A stretch of 64,000 nucleotides of DNA, taken from the NCBI GenBank assembly GCA_033762295.1, contig JANRLW010000077.1:18151-82150 (forward strand), in the 5' to 3' direction. Position 1 is the first letter of the stretch; each line of letters begins with the position of its first letter. The position numbers and the translations under genes are program-made. The stretch is from Capsulimonadales bacterium. GTDB lineage: Bacteria > Armatimonadota > Armatimonadia > Armatimonadales > Armatimonadaceae. Shown here in pieces: positions 56,594 to 64,000 of the stretch. The notes beneath the pieces were generated by a model. That model saw only the letters and a program-made list of their open reading frames with translations. It had not been told where the DNA came from and did not search any database.

Positions 56594-58588
56594 TCATCGG
56601 GTTAAGTCCACCTTTAACTCGTCGTTATCGTAAACTTTGATCGTAATCGGAGAACCGACCACCTTGACGTGATCCAGCCGAATCTGCTGTCCCGGTTGAA
56701 CCAGTTCGTCCTTGATCGTCCGCGGTCCTTCCTCATCGAGAATATCGATGCGAATCCGGTGGGGTTCGTCCCCTTCGTCGATCGGCGTCGGCGGATAGAT
56801 GACCTTCAGATAACGAACCGTCGGTTCGGTCACAGGCGTTTCCGATGAAACCTCGGCGTCGGGGGTCGGTTCGGCGAACGGATCGGGGGTGGGGATCGGT
56901 TCCGGGGTCTCGACCGGTTCCGCCCCCTTCGAAAGGATCAAGTCCACCTTTGTCCCACGGGGCTTATTCTCACCGGGGGGAGGCGCCTGTCGAAGGACGT
57001 TGCCCTTGGCGACAATCGGGTCGTACTCGTAGTTGAGGCTGCCGATACTCAGTCCGGCGCGTTCCAGAATCTTTCGGGCGCGTTCGATCGCCGCATCGCT
57101 GACATCGGGAACGATGACCATCCGGGGGCCGTCCGAGACCCAGACGGGAACCGGTCGTCCGGGCTTAATACTGCTACCGGCGCGAATGCTCTGCTGGTAA
57201 ATGACATCCTTCGGATCGTTGTCCCGAAACTCCCGTCCGACAATCGCCAGTTCGAAATTCTTCTCGGCCGCCATCTCTCTGGCTTCGGTCACGGTCTTTC
57301 CGATCAGACTGGGCAACACGACGACCGCATCCGGACGGTTGCTGCTCATAATGACCCAGTAGAGTCCTCCGAGGGCGCCCACCAGCAAGATCGCCATGAA
57401 CAGATTGATTAACGTTAGCCATTGTACGCCTTTGGCGCGGACCGGACGCACGTTCTTTTCCTCCTCCACGGCATAGGGCGCGACATTGGGCGGCGGAACG
57501 GCGGCCGTCGCCATCCGCTCGGGTCGGATCGGATCGGCCGCGACTCCCCGGGCGGGGACGTTGTGCGTCGCGGCCACGGGCGGCGGGGCGGTCACCGGGC
57601 GGACCGGCAAGGGGTTCAGCAACGCCGTCACTTCGTTGCTTCCATCGCGTTCCGGCGGGAGAACCGGGGTTCGTGCGCTGTTTTCTCGCTCGCGCGGCGT
57701 CCAGTTCAACGGTTTTCCGAAACGTAACGCATCCCGGACCGCTCGCAGATCGATCAGCAGTTCCGACGCGGAGGCATATCGTTGCGCGGGCGTCTTGGCC
57801 ATCGCCTTTTGAAGAATGCCATCCAACGCCGGGGGAACCGCTCCGTTGATCAGTCGCGCCGAAGGCACCGACTCCTGAGCGTGTTTCAAAGCGACCCGAA
57901 TCGGGTTCTCGTCCGGGTAGGGCAGATCGCCGGTCAGCATTTCGAACAGAAGGCAGCCGAGCGAATACAGATCCGAGGAGGGCATGGCCACCGTACCCGC
58001 CGCGTCCGGAGCGACATATCCGACGATCCGTTTCAGCAAGGCCGGATCGCTGGCGGCGATCTCGGACTGCGCTGTCGCGATACCGAAGTTGGTGAGTTTT
58101 ATCTGTCCTTCCGGACCGATCAGAACGTTCTGCGGCCGGACATCCCCGTGTGTGACGCCCCGCGCATGTGCGGCTTCCAGCGCCTCGGCGATGGCGATGG
58201 CCGTATCGGTCGCCGGCGCCAGCTGGAACGGCGCATTACGCCGGATTCGCTCCTTCAGATCGATTCCCCGGACGTACTCCTCGGCAAGATACAGAAGCCC
58301 GGTTTCCTCGTCGGTACCGATGTCGAAGACGCGTGCGATATTGCTATGGGCCAGTGAGTAGGCCGCGCCGATTCCCTCGCGCAGTCGACGCAGGACCGCA
58401 TCGTCCTTGGCAAACTGGGGACGTATCGCCTTGACCGTGACAATTCGGTTGACCTGCCGGTCCCTGGCCCGGTAGGCGGTCAGCAACGGACCCTCGCCCA
58501 GGGTTTCCAGAACCTCATACCGGCCGGCCAGAAGGCGATTTACCAGTCCGGTTCGGCTTACGGAGTTTTCATAGGGGTCGTTAACCAC
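56594..58588 (-). CDS. PknB/PrkC-like Ser/Thr kinase-fold protein with TM and 2 PASTA domains; probable pseudokinase
   Basis: LAGRYEV, SLAHSNI, EYVRG, SDLYSLG..LFEMLTG, TM, two PASTA repeats; HGDVRPQN and TNFG replace HRDIKPxN and xDFG. Confidence 0.85.
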   Translation of the reverse strand: MVNDPYENSVSRTGLVNRLLAGRYEVLETLGEGPLLTAYRARDRQVNRIVTVKAIRPQFAKDDAVLRRLREGIGAAYSLAHSNIARVFDIGTDEETGLLYLAEEYVRGIDLKERIRRNAPFQLAPATDTAIAIAEALEAAHARGVTHGDVRPQNVLIGPEGQIKLTNFGIATAQSEIAASDPALLKRIVGYVAPDAAGTVAMPSSDLYSLGCLLFEMLTGDLPYPDENPIRVALKHAQESVPSARLINGAVPPALDGILQKAMAKTPAQRYASASELLIDLRAVRDALRFGKPLNWTPRERENSARTPVLPPERDGSNEVTALLNPLPVRPVTAPPPVAATHNVPARGVAADPIRPERMATAAVPPPNVAPYAVEEEKNVRPVRAKGVQWLTLINLFMAILLVGALGGLYWVIMSSNRPDAVVVLPSLIGKTVTEAREMAAEKNFELAIVGREFRDNDPKDVIYQQSIRAGSSIKPGRPVPVWVSDGPRMVIVPDVSDAAIERARKILERAGLSIGSLNYEYDPIVAKGNVLRQAPPPGENKPRGTKVDLILSKGAEPVETPEPIPTPDPFAEPTPDAEVSSETPVTEPTVRYLKVIYPPTPIDEGDEPHRIRIDILDEEGPRTIKDELVQPGQQIRLDHVKVVGSPITIKVYDNDELKVDLTR

Positions 58589-58600
58589 GTTTGTTTCCTG

Positions 58601-58780
58601 TTAATCGGACTTCCGCCGAAGCAGTTCCAGCGTCAAACGGACCAGAGCGAACAGAAGGCCAACGGCGTATAACGCCGTCAACATATTCGGCGACAACGGG
58701 GTACCAAGGTAGGGCGCCCAGAAGGAAGCGAAGACCAGGAGAATCCAGGCGCAAAGCGCAATGTCGACTCCCGGTTTCAT
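58601..58780 (-). CDS. Small 59-aa two-TM membrane protein (below ORF-track cutoff)
   Basis: MKPGVDIALCAWILLVFASFWAPYLGTPLSPNMLTALYAVGLLFALVRLTLELLRRKSD*; ATG overlaps the aroB TGA; stop is 12 nt before the kinase GTG. Confidence 0.65.
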   Translation of the reverse strand: MKPGVDIALCAWILLVFASFWAPYLGTPLSPNMLTALYAVGLLFALVRLTLELLRRKSD

Positions 58781-59889
58781 TTTCGGTGGCCCTTTCCGGT
58801 TATACGACGTAATCCCGCTAAAATGGTTGCTTCGTCCACATCGGAAACCAGTTCCACGTTGCCCCAGTCTCGGGCCAGCACGAAACGCGCCCTTCCCGCC
58901 TCCGCTTTCTTATCCCGTCCCAGAAGCGGTACCAAAGTTTCCGGGAGTATATCCTCCGGCAACGTCGTCGGAAGCCGGTAACGGTCGAGCAGAGCCTGCA
59001 GTCGATCCCCGATTTCCGGAGGCGTTCTTCCGTAGACCTCGCCGATACGCGCCGCTGCCATCATTCCAATGGCGACCGCTTCTCCATGTTTGTACCGCCG
59101 ATACTGCGTGACCGCTTCCAGTGCGTGACCGATCGTGTGACCGTAATTGAGTATAGCCCGTAAACCGGTTGTTTCGAACTCATCGCGGGTCACGACTTCG
59201 GCTTTGATCTCACAGGAGCGTCGGACGATCTCGCCGATGAGCGCCGAATCGCGTTCGAGAATCCCCTCGGCTTCCCGAGACAGCATCTCCGCCAGGGCGG
59301 GATCGGCGATGACCCCGTACTTGATGACCTCCGCCAGTCCGGCGCGAAACTCGCGCGGCGGCAGTGTCGACAGCGCCCGCGTATCTATCCATACGGCGCG
59401 AGGCTGGTGAAATGCTCCGATCAGGTTCTTTCCGGCCCGAAAATCCACGCCCGTTTTTCCTCCGACGGAGGAATCGACCATCGCCAGCAGGGTCGTCGGC
59501 ACCTGAACGTAATCCAGACCGCGCAGATACAGGGAGGCGACAAATCCTGCAACGTCCCCGACCACCCCTCCGCCCAGGGCAATCACGAGAGTTTTGCGGT
59601 CGATCGCCGGTTCCAGGGCGTATAACCCGTCGCAGAGACGCTCGACCGTTCTCAACGTTTTGTACCGTTCGCCGGAAGGAAACGTCAGAATGGGGATCGG
59701 ACCGTAGCCTTCCCGATGCAATGTGTTTGCAAGCGCCGCGCCCAACCCTTGCGCGATTTTTGGCTGGGTGATGATCACGAGTCGTCGTGAGCGGGCGACT
59801 TCGGCAAGACGCTCTCCGAGCGGAACCGGACTGTCGATATGGATGATATAATTGCGCCCCCCGGAAAGGGCGACGGGCACGGTAGGCAT
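58777..59889 (-). CDS. aroB: 3-dehydroquinate synthase
   Basis: GGGVVGD, PTTLLAMVDSSVGGKTG, KNLIGAFHQP and LNYGHTIGHA motifs. Confidence 0.97.
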   Translation of the reverse strand: MPTVPVALSGGRNYIIHIDSPVPLGERLAEVARSRRLVIITQPKIAQGLGAALANTLHREGYGPIPILTFPSGERYKTLRTVERLCDGLYALEPAIDRKTLVIALGGGVVGDVAGFVASLYLRGLDYVQVPTTLLAMVDSSVGGKTGVDFRAGKNLIGAFHQPRAVWIDTRALSTLPPREFRAGLAEVIKYGVIADPALAEMLSREAEGILERDSALIGEIVRRSCEIKAEVVTRDEFETTGLRAILNYGHTIGHALEAVTQYRRYKHGEAVAIGMMAAARIGEVYGRTPPEIGDRLQALLDRYRLPTTLPEDILPETLVPLLGRDKKAEAGRARFVLARDWGNVELVSDVDEATILAGLRRITGKGHRK

Positions 59890-59931
59890 AGGCGCGGTTC
59901 GGATCGACTCCCCCAGGGTTTCGGAAACGGG

Positions 59932-60471
59932 TCAGTCCTTCTCCGTTCCCTGATTTTTTTCGAGTTTTCGGACGATCTCGTTAACGATGGCGGCCGGGGT
60001 CCGATCGGAGGTGTCGACGATCCGGTGTGCGGCGCGCTGGTAGATAGGACCGCGCTGACCGAGAAGGTTCAGGACATGCGCGAGCGGGTCATCGGCCCAG
60101 GCGGCGAGTACGGGCCGAGCGGCGACACCGTGGCCGGTCCGTCGAACGATGACCTCGGCGCGAGCGGTCAGCCAGACGATCAGGGCGTTCTCCCGCAGTA
60201 TTCGAACATTCTCCTCCCGAAGCACCGCGCCGCCACCGGTCGCGATCACGCTTCCTTCGGTCTCGACCGCCTCCCGAAGCGCGGCCGATTCCCGGTCGCG
60301 AAACGCCGCTTCCCCTTCCTCAAGGAAAATCTCCGGTATGGTTCGCCCGGCCGACCGAACGATGACGGCGTCGGTATCGATAAACTCCCGTTCGAGCCGG
60401 GTCGCCAGAAGGCGTCCGACCGTCGATTTTCCACAGCCCATAAACCCGATCAGTGCGATATTATTGGCCAT
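59932..60471 (-). CDS. aroK: Shikimate kinase
   Basis: GFMGCGKST, EGEAAFR and ATGGG motifs. Confidence 0.95.
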   Translation of the reverse strand: MANNIALIGFMGCGKSTVGRLLATRLEREFIDTDAVIVRSAGRTIPEIFLEEGEAAFRDRESAALREAVETEGSVIATGGGAVLREENVRILRENALIVWLTARAEVIVRRTGHGVAARPVLAAWADDPLAHVLNLLGQRGPIYQRAAHRIVDTSDRTPAAIVNEIVRKLEKNQGTEKD

Positions 60472-61657
60472 CGACAGATACCCCGTCCGCCACAGGGTGG
60501 TAGGTAGCCTGGAATGCCCTATAGTTTCGCCGCATCTCCTGCAGGGAATCGCCTCCGAATTTCTCCTGCAGTTCCTGGGCCAGGACGATCGCCACCATCG
60601 CTTCCCCGATCACGGCGGCGGCGGGAACGGCGCAGACATCGGATCGTTCCGCGAACGCCGGCGCTGCCTCCCCGGTCGCCATATCCACGGAACCCAGTTG
60701 CCGCATCAAGGTGGCGATCGGCTTCATCGCCGCGCGGACAATCAGGGGTTCGCCGTTGGTAACCCCTCCCTCCGTGCCTCCGGCCCGGTTGGTCAAACGT
60801 CGGACGCCGGTCGCGCCGCCGGGGGCGAACTCGTCATGGACCTTCGAACCCGGCGTCTCGGCGGCGGCGAAACCCATTCCGATCTCGACACCCTTGATGG
60901 CGTTGATGGAGAGGACGGCCTGGGCCAGACGCCCATCGATTTTTCGATCCCAGTGAACGTACGAACCCAGTCCGACGGGCAAGCCGAAAGCGATGACCTC
61001 AAAGACGCCGCCCAGTGTGTCGCCCCGTCGCTTCGCTCCGTCGATCAAGGTGACCATCTCCTCGGATACCGCCGGGTCGATACAGCGGACCGGGGACGCC
61101 TCGGAGCGTTCGACAATCTCCGATGCGGTCAATCCCTCAGCCGGGGCGGCGGAAATCGAACCGATGCGGGTGACATGTGAGACGATGGAGACATCGAACT
61201 CGGCGAGCAGTTGCCGGGCTACCGCCCCGACGGCGACGAGTGTTGCGGTGTTGCGGGCGGAGGAGCGTTCCAGAACGTTTCGCAGGTCATCATGAGCGTA
61301 CTTGACCATTCCGACATAATCGGCGTGCCCCGGCCGGGGAACGGTGTTTTTTGCCGGTTCCGGCTCATGTTCACCGGCGGGTTCGATCCGCATCCGGGTT
61401 TTCCAGTTCTCCCAGTCCCGGTTCCGGATGACCAGAGTGACGGGCGAACCGAGGGTTCGTCCGAGGCGGATACCGTTGAGGATTTCGACGGTGTCGGTTT
61501 CGATCTTCTGTCGCGCACCACGCCCGTAACCGCCCTGCCGGCGGCGGAGGTCGAGGTTGATGGCTTCGGCGGTCAGGGGCAACCCGGCGGGCAGGCCTTC
61601 GATCAAAGTCACTAGCGCGGGGCCATGAGACTCCCCGGCGGTCAGGAATCGAAACAT
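60461..61657 (-). CDS. aroC: Chorismate synthase
   Basis: FLTAGESHG, RPGHAD, ERSSAR, MKPI and RSDVC motifs; start ATG 61657. Confidence 0.97.
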   Translation of the reverse strand: MFRFLTAGESHGPALVTLIEGLPAGLPLTAEAINLDLRRRQGGYGRGARQKIETDTVEILNGIRLGRTLGSPVTLVIRNRDWENWKTRMRIEPAGEHEPEPAKNTVPRPGHADYVGMVKYAHDDLRNVLERSSARNTATLVAVGAVARQLLAEFDVSIVSHVTRIGSISAAPAEGLTASEIVERSEASPVRCIDPAVSEEMVTLIDGAKRRGDTLGGVFEVIAFGLPVGLGSYVHWDRKIDGRLAQAVLSINAIKGVEIGMGFAAAETPGSKVHDEFAPGGATGVRRLTNRAGGTEGGVTNGEPLIVRAAMKPIATLMRQLGSVDMATGEAAPAFAERSDVCAVPAAAVIGEAMVAIVLAQELQEKFGGDSLQEMRRNYRAFQATYHPVADGVSVDGQ

Positions 61658-61709
61658 TGTCGCATTCTCGTTCTTTTTGCTCACTATAGCCGATGACGGC
61701 GATAATGAC

Positions 61710-61736
61710 AAAAAAAGGCCGGAGAGATCTCCGGCC
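61710..61736 (-). terminator. Intrinsic terminator after the second secretin
   Basis: GGCCGGAG...CTCCGGCC stem followed by T7 on the minus strand. Confidence 0.75.
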
Positions 61737-61759
61737 CTGGTTTACTGTCTCGGCTTCGC

Positions 61760-63463
61760 CTACGGAGTCGGCGCGGGCGATCCGGTGACGCCGGTCGTTC
61801 CCTGCGCCTGATCCTCGATGATGGTCGGGGTCAGGAACACGAGGATCTCGGAACCGGTGACGTTGCGGTTACGCTGGGTGAACAGGTTTCCGATGATCGG
61901 CAGGTCGGACAGGAGCGGCACCTTCTGCAACTGGCGGGACTCCTGCTTGGTCACGAAACCGCCGAGGACCATCGTCTCCCCGTTGCGAATGCGTCGGGTG
62001 GTGAGAAGCGACTGGTTCTGGGTTCGGAAGGTTCCGCCCGGCTGCTGGTCGATCGTCTGGAGGACCGGGGTCAGCGTCATGGTGATCGTTCCGTCGCCGT
62101 TGATGTGGGGCAGAACGAACAGGCCGTTGACGGCGGGAATCTGAATGAAGGTCGTCGCGGTGACCGTTCCGTTGACGGTCTGGCTGACCGTGTTCTGGGG
62201 AACGGTGAGAATATCGGACACCTGAATATTCGCGGGAACGTTGTTCACGGTGCTGATAATCGGCGACTGCAGAATGTTCGATGTGTTTCGGGTAAGCGCG
62301 GAGCGCAGGTTGGCGACGGCATTTCCGGACGCATACGCCACGACGATGCTCGGAACGCCTCCTCCCTGCTGCGGCGGCAGGGTCACATCGAGGTTACCCG
62401 CCGGCTGAATCCGCCAGTCGATTCCGAAGTTATCGATATCGGCGACCGCCACGGATACGAACTCCGCCTTGATGATCACCTGCTTGGGCGCGACATCCAG
62501 ATAGCGGATGATTTCACGCAGGCGGTTCAGATCCTCGACATCTTCGTAATCGACGATAATCGAGTTGTCGTTGTTGCTGGAGATGATGTTATTGATGCCC
62601 GGCGGACGGAGCGTTCCCTGTCCCCCCTGGCCGCCGAAACCACCCTGACCGCCACCGAAGCCGCCCTGACCGCCGAAGCCGCCCTGACCGCCACCGAAGC
62701 CGCCCTGGCCGCCGCCGAAGCCGCCACCGCCGAAACCGCCGCCTCGACCACCGACCTGACGTGCGCCGGCGGACTCGCCATCACGACCGGCGGCAGACCC
62801 GGCCGCTCCGGAAGGCGGAGCCGGCAACTGCGGGTTGACGGGGGCGACGATCGGGTTGTTCGGAACAGTGCCAATTCCCGGCGACGGGAGCAGTCGGGGG
62901 CTGGTCGGAGGCATCCAGTCTCCCAGTCCGCTATCGAGAACCGCCGGTTTGTAGTTGGGATCGTCCAGCATCCGCTTGAAGTCGTCCGGGAGGAGGTAGG
63001 TCAGACGAATCTTGACCAGTTGCCGGTTCATCGGCTTCCGCTCCGGCGCGGGGGCGGGTGTCTGCGGCGCGGACTTGGGGCCGGGCTTGGCCTCCTGATC
63101 CGCAGGATGGCGAAGGTGGAAAATACCATCCTTCTCATCGAGAATCGCGCCGGCGGATCGAGCGATCTGCTCCAGAACCACTCGCAGCGGTTTGTCGGTC
63201 AGTCGGACGGTGACCGCACCGAATTCCCGATTGTGGGGGTTTTCGAAAACGATGTTGCTGACGCCATTGGGGCCGCTGCTCAGAGCCAGAATCGCGTGTT
63301 CCAGCTTGGCATTTCGGACATCAAGGGTGACGAGTTGTTCGCCCGCCACAGGGGCGGGTTGCTGCGCAAAAGCGGACGTTACGCCGCCGGCGAGCATCGC
63401 AACGGACAGGACCATGCCGACAGCAACAGCGGCATGCCGACACGGGCGCAGATTTTTCTGCAT
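61760..63463 (-). CDS. Second secretin (GspD/PilQ family) with a Gly/Phe/Gln-rich insertion
   Basis: Signal peptide; LDVAPKQVIIKAEFV and IRNGETMVLGG...KVPLLSDLPIIGNLF...EILVFLTP; GGAGG RBS before ATG 63463. Confidence 0.88.
   Translation of the reverse strand: MQKNLRPCRHAAVAVGMVLSVAMLAGGVTSAFAQQPAPVAGEQLVTLDVRNAKLEHAILALSSGPNGVSNIVFENPHNREFGAVTVRLTDKPLRVVLEQIARSAGAILDEKDGIFHLRHPADQEAKPGPKSAPQTPAPAPERKPMNRQLVKIRLTYLLPDDFKRMLDDPNYKPAVLDSGLGDWMPPTSPRLLPSPGIGTVPNNPIVAPVNPQLPAPPSGAAGSAAGRDGESAGARQVGGRGGGFGGGGFGGGQGGFGGGQGGFGGQGGFGGGQGGFGGQGGQGTLRPPGINNIISSNNDNSIIVDYEDVEDLNRLREIIRYLDVAPKQVIIKAEFVSVAVADIDNFGIDWRIQPAGNLDVTLPPQQGGGVPSIVVAYASGNAVANLRSALTRNTSNILQSPIISTVNNVPANIQVSDILTVPQNTVSQTVNGTVTATTFIQIPAVNGLFVLPHINGDGTITMTLTPVLQTIDQQPGGTFRTQNQSLLTTRRIRNGETMVLGGFVTKQESRQLQKVPLLSDLPIIGNLFTQRNRNVTGSEILVFLTPTIIEDQAQGTTGVTGSPAPTP
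62616..62752 (-). repeat. GGFGG(G)Q low-complexity repeat in the secretin
   Basis: GGRGGGFGGGGFGGGQGGFGGGQGGFGGQGGFGGGQGGFGGQGGQG. Confidence 0.9.
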
Positions 63464-63570
63464 GACATATCCTCCGGTCATAATTATCGTCGCGGCGCCC
63501 CGACAGAATCGCGTTCGCATGTTTAACGAGGCATCCGTCTCTACTTCAGATTACTTGTTCTACGAGGTCG

Positions 63571-63595
63571 GGGAAGAGGCAAATTGCCTCTTCCC
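63571..63595. other. Intergenic hairpin between the Gly-rich gene and the secretin
   Basis: GGGAAGAGGCA-AAT-TGCCTCTTCCC. Confidence 0.5.
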
Positions 63596-63609
63596 TCGTT
63601 ATAAAGGTG

Positions 63610-63999
63610 CTAGAAACCGCGGCCGCCGCCGAAGCCACCACCGCCGAAGCCGCCGCCGCCGAAGCCGCCGCCGCCCATCATGCCACCGCCCATACCGCCA
63701 CCCATACCGCCCATACCGCCACCCATACCGCCCATCATTCCACCACCCATGCCGCCGCCCATGCCGCCCATCATGCCGCCGCCGCCGAAGCCGCCGCCCA
63801 TCATGCCGCCGCCCATGCCGCCGCCACCGCCGCCGCTTCCGCCACGTTCTTTAATCTGTATGAAGGTGATCGGGCCGATCACCGCCGACAGGTCCGCCGG
63901 GTCCACGTACACCAGCTGGATCGTCTCCAGAGGCTGGTACACCCGGTCGTTGCGGTTGTCCTCCGGCGGGGCCGGGGGAGGAGCCGCGTTGGTCGTCGT
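63610..63999 (-). CDS. C-terminal part of a protein with a long GGM/GGF tail (truncated by window edge); possibly secretin N-domain-like
   Basis: Frame open to the window end. IQLVYVDPADL resembles the neighbouring secretin segment IRLTYLLPDDF; the tail is about 75 residues of G/M/F. Confidence 0.7.
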   Translation of the reverse strand, partial: TTTNAAPPPAPPEDNRNDRVYQPLETIQLVYVDPADLSAVIGPITFIQIKERGGSGGGGGGMGGGMMGGGFGGGGMMGGMGGGMGGGMMGGMGGGMGGMGGGMGGGMMGGGGFGGGGFGGGGFGGGRGF

Positions 64000-64000
64000 C

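Overview
High-GC bacterial chromosomal segment with about 50 genes, mostly on the minus strand. The gene mix (secretins, a PASTA kinase-like protein, a DUF6785-type membrane protein) suggests a diderm Terrabacteria lineage such as Armatimonadota; this is a low-confidence inference. From left to right: glycan-processing genes (sialate O-acetylesterase, GT4, GH29 fucosidase); a TetR + ECF sigma pair; a type IV pilus/T2SS assembly block (pilMNO, pilP-like, secretin, pilB); a large unknown protein; a GalU-like nucleotidyltransferase; an M60 peptidase; an esterase; a 5-gene operon (arabinokinase-like GHMP kinase, GH172, inositol monophosphatase-like, and a MenA/MenT-like toxin-antitoxin pair) divergent from a DUF6785/OPT-like membrane protein; a multi-PAS histidine kinase; TPR, methyltransferase and class V aminotransferase genes; a GH38 mannosidase; a degenerate ClpP; and a class III nucleotide cyclase with an extracellular PASTA domain. 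The right-hand housekeeping run is polA, purM, rpn, nfo, the rib genes, rpe, a PknB-like PASTA protein, aroBKC and a second, Gly-rich secretin. Most notable: (1) two PASTA-bearing membrane signalling proteins of unusual type, a cyclase-TM-PASTA fusion and a PknB-like protein with pseudokinase substitutions (DFG->NFG), the latter preceded by an unannotated 59-aa membrane protein; (2) two TA/defence-like elements embedded in metabolic operons; (3) a candidate sugar-salvage operon; (4) several pseudo-enzymes; (5) several apparently leaderless promoters, including a palindromic bidirectional one. No rRNA, tRNA, CRISPR array or intact IS element was recognised. All family assignments come from reading motifs, not from database searches.
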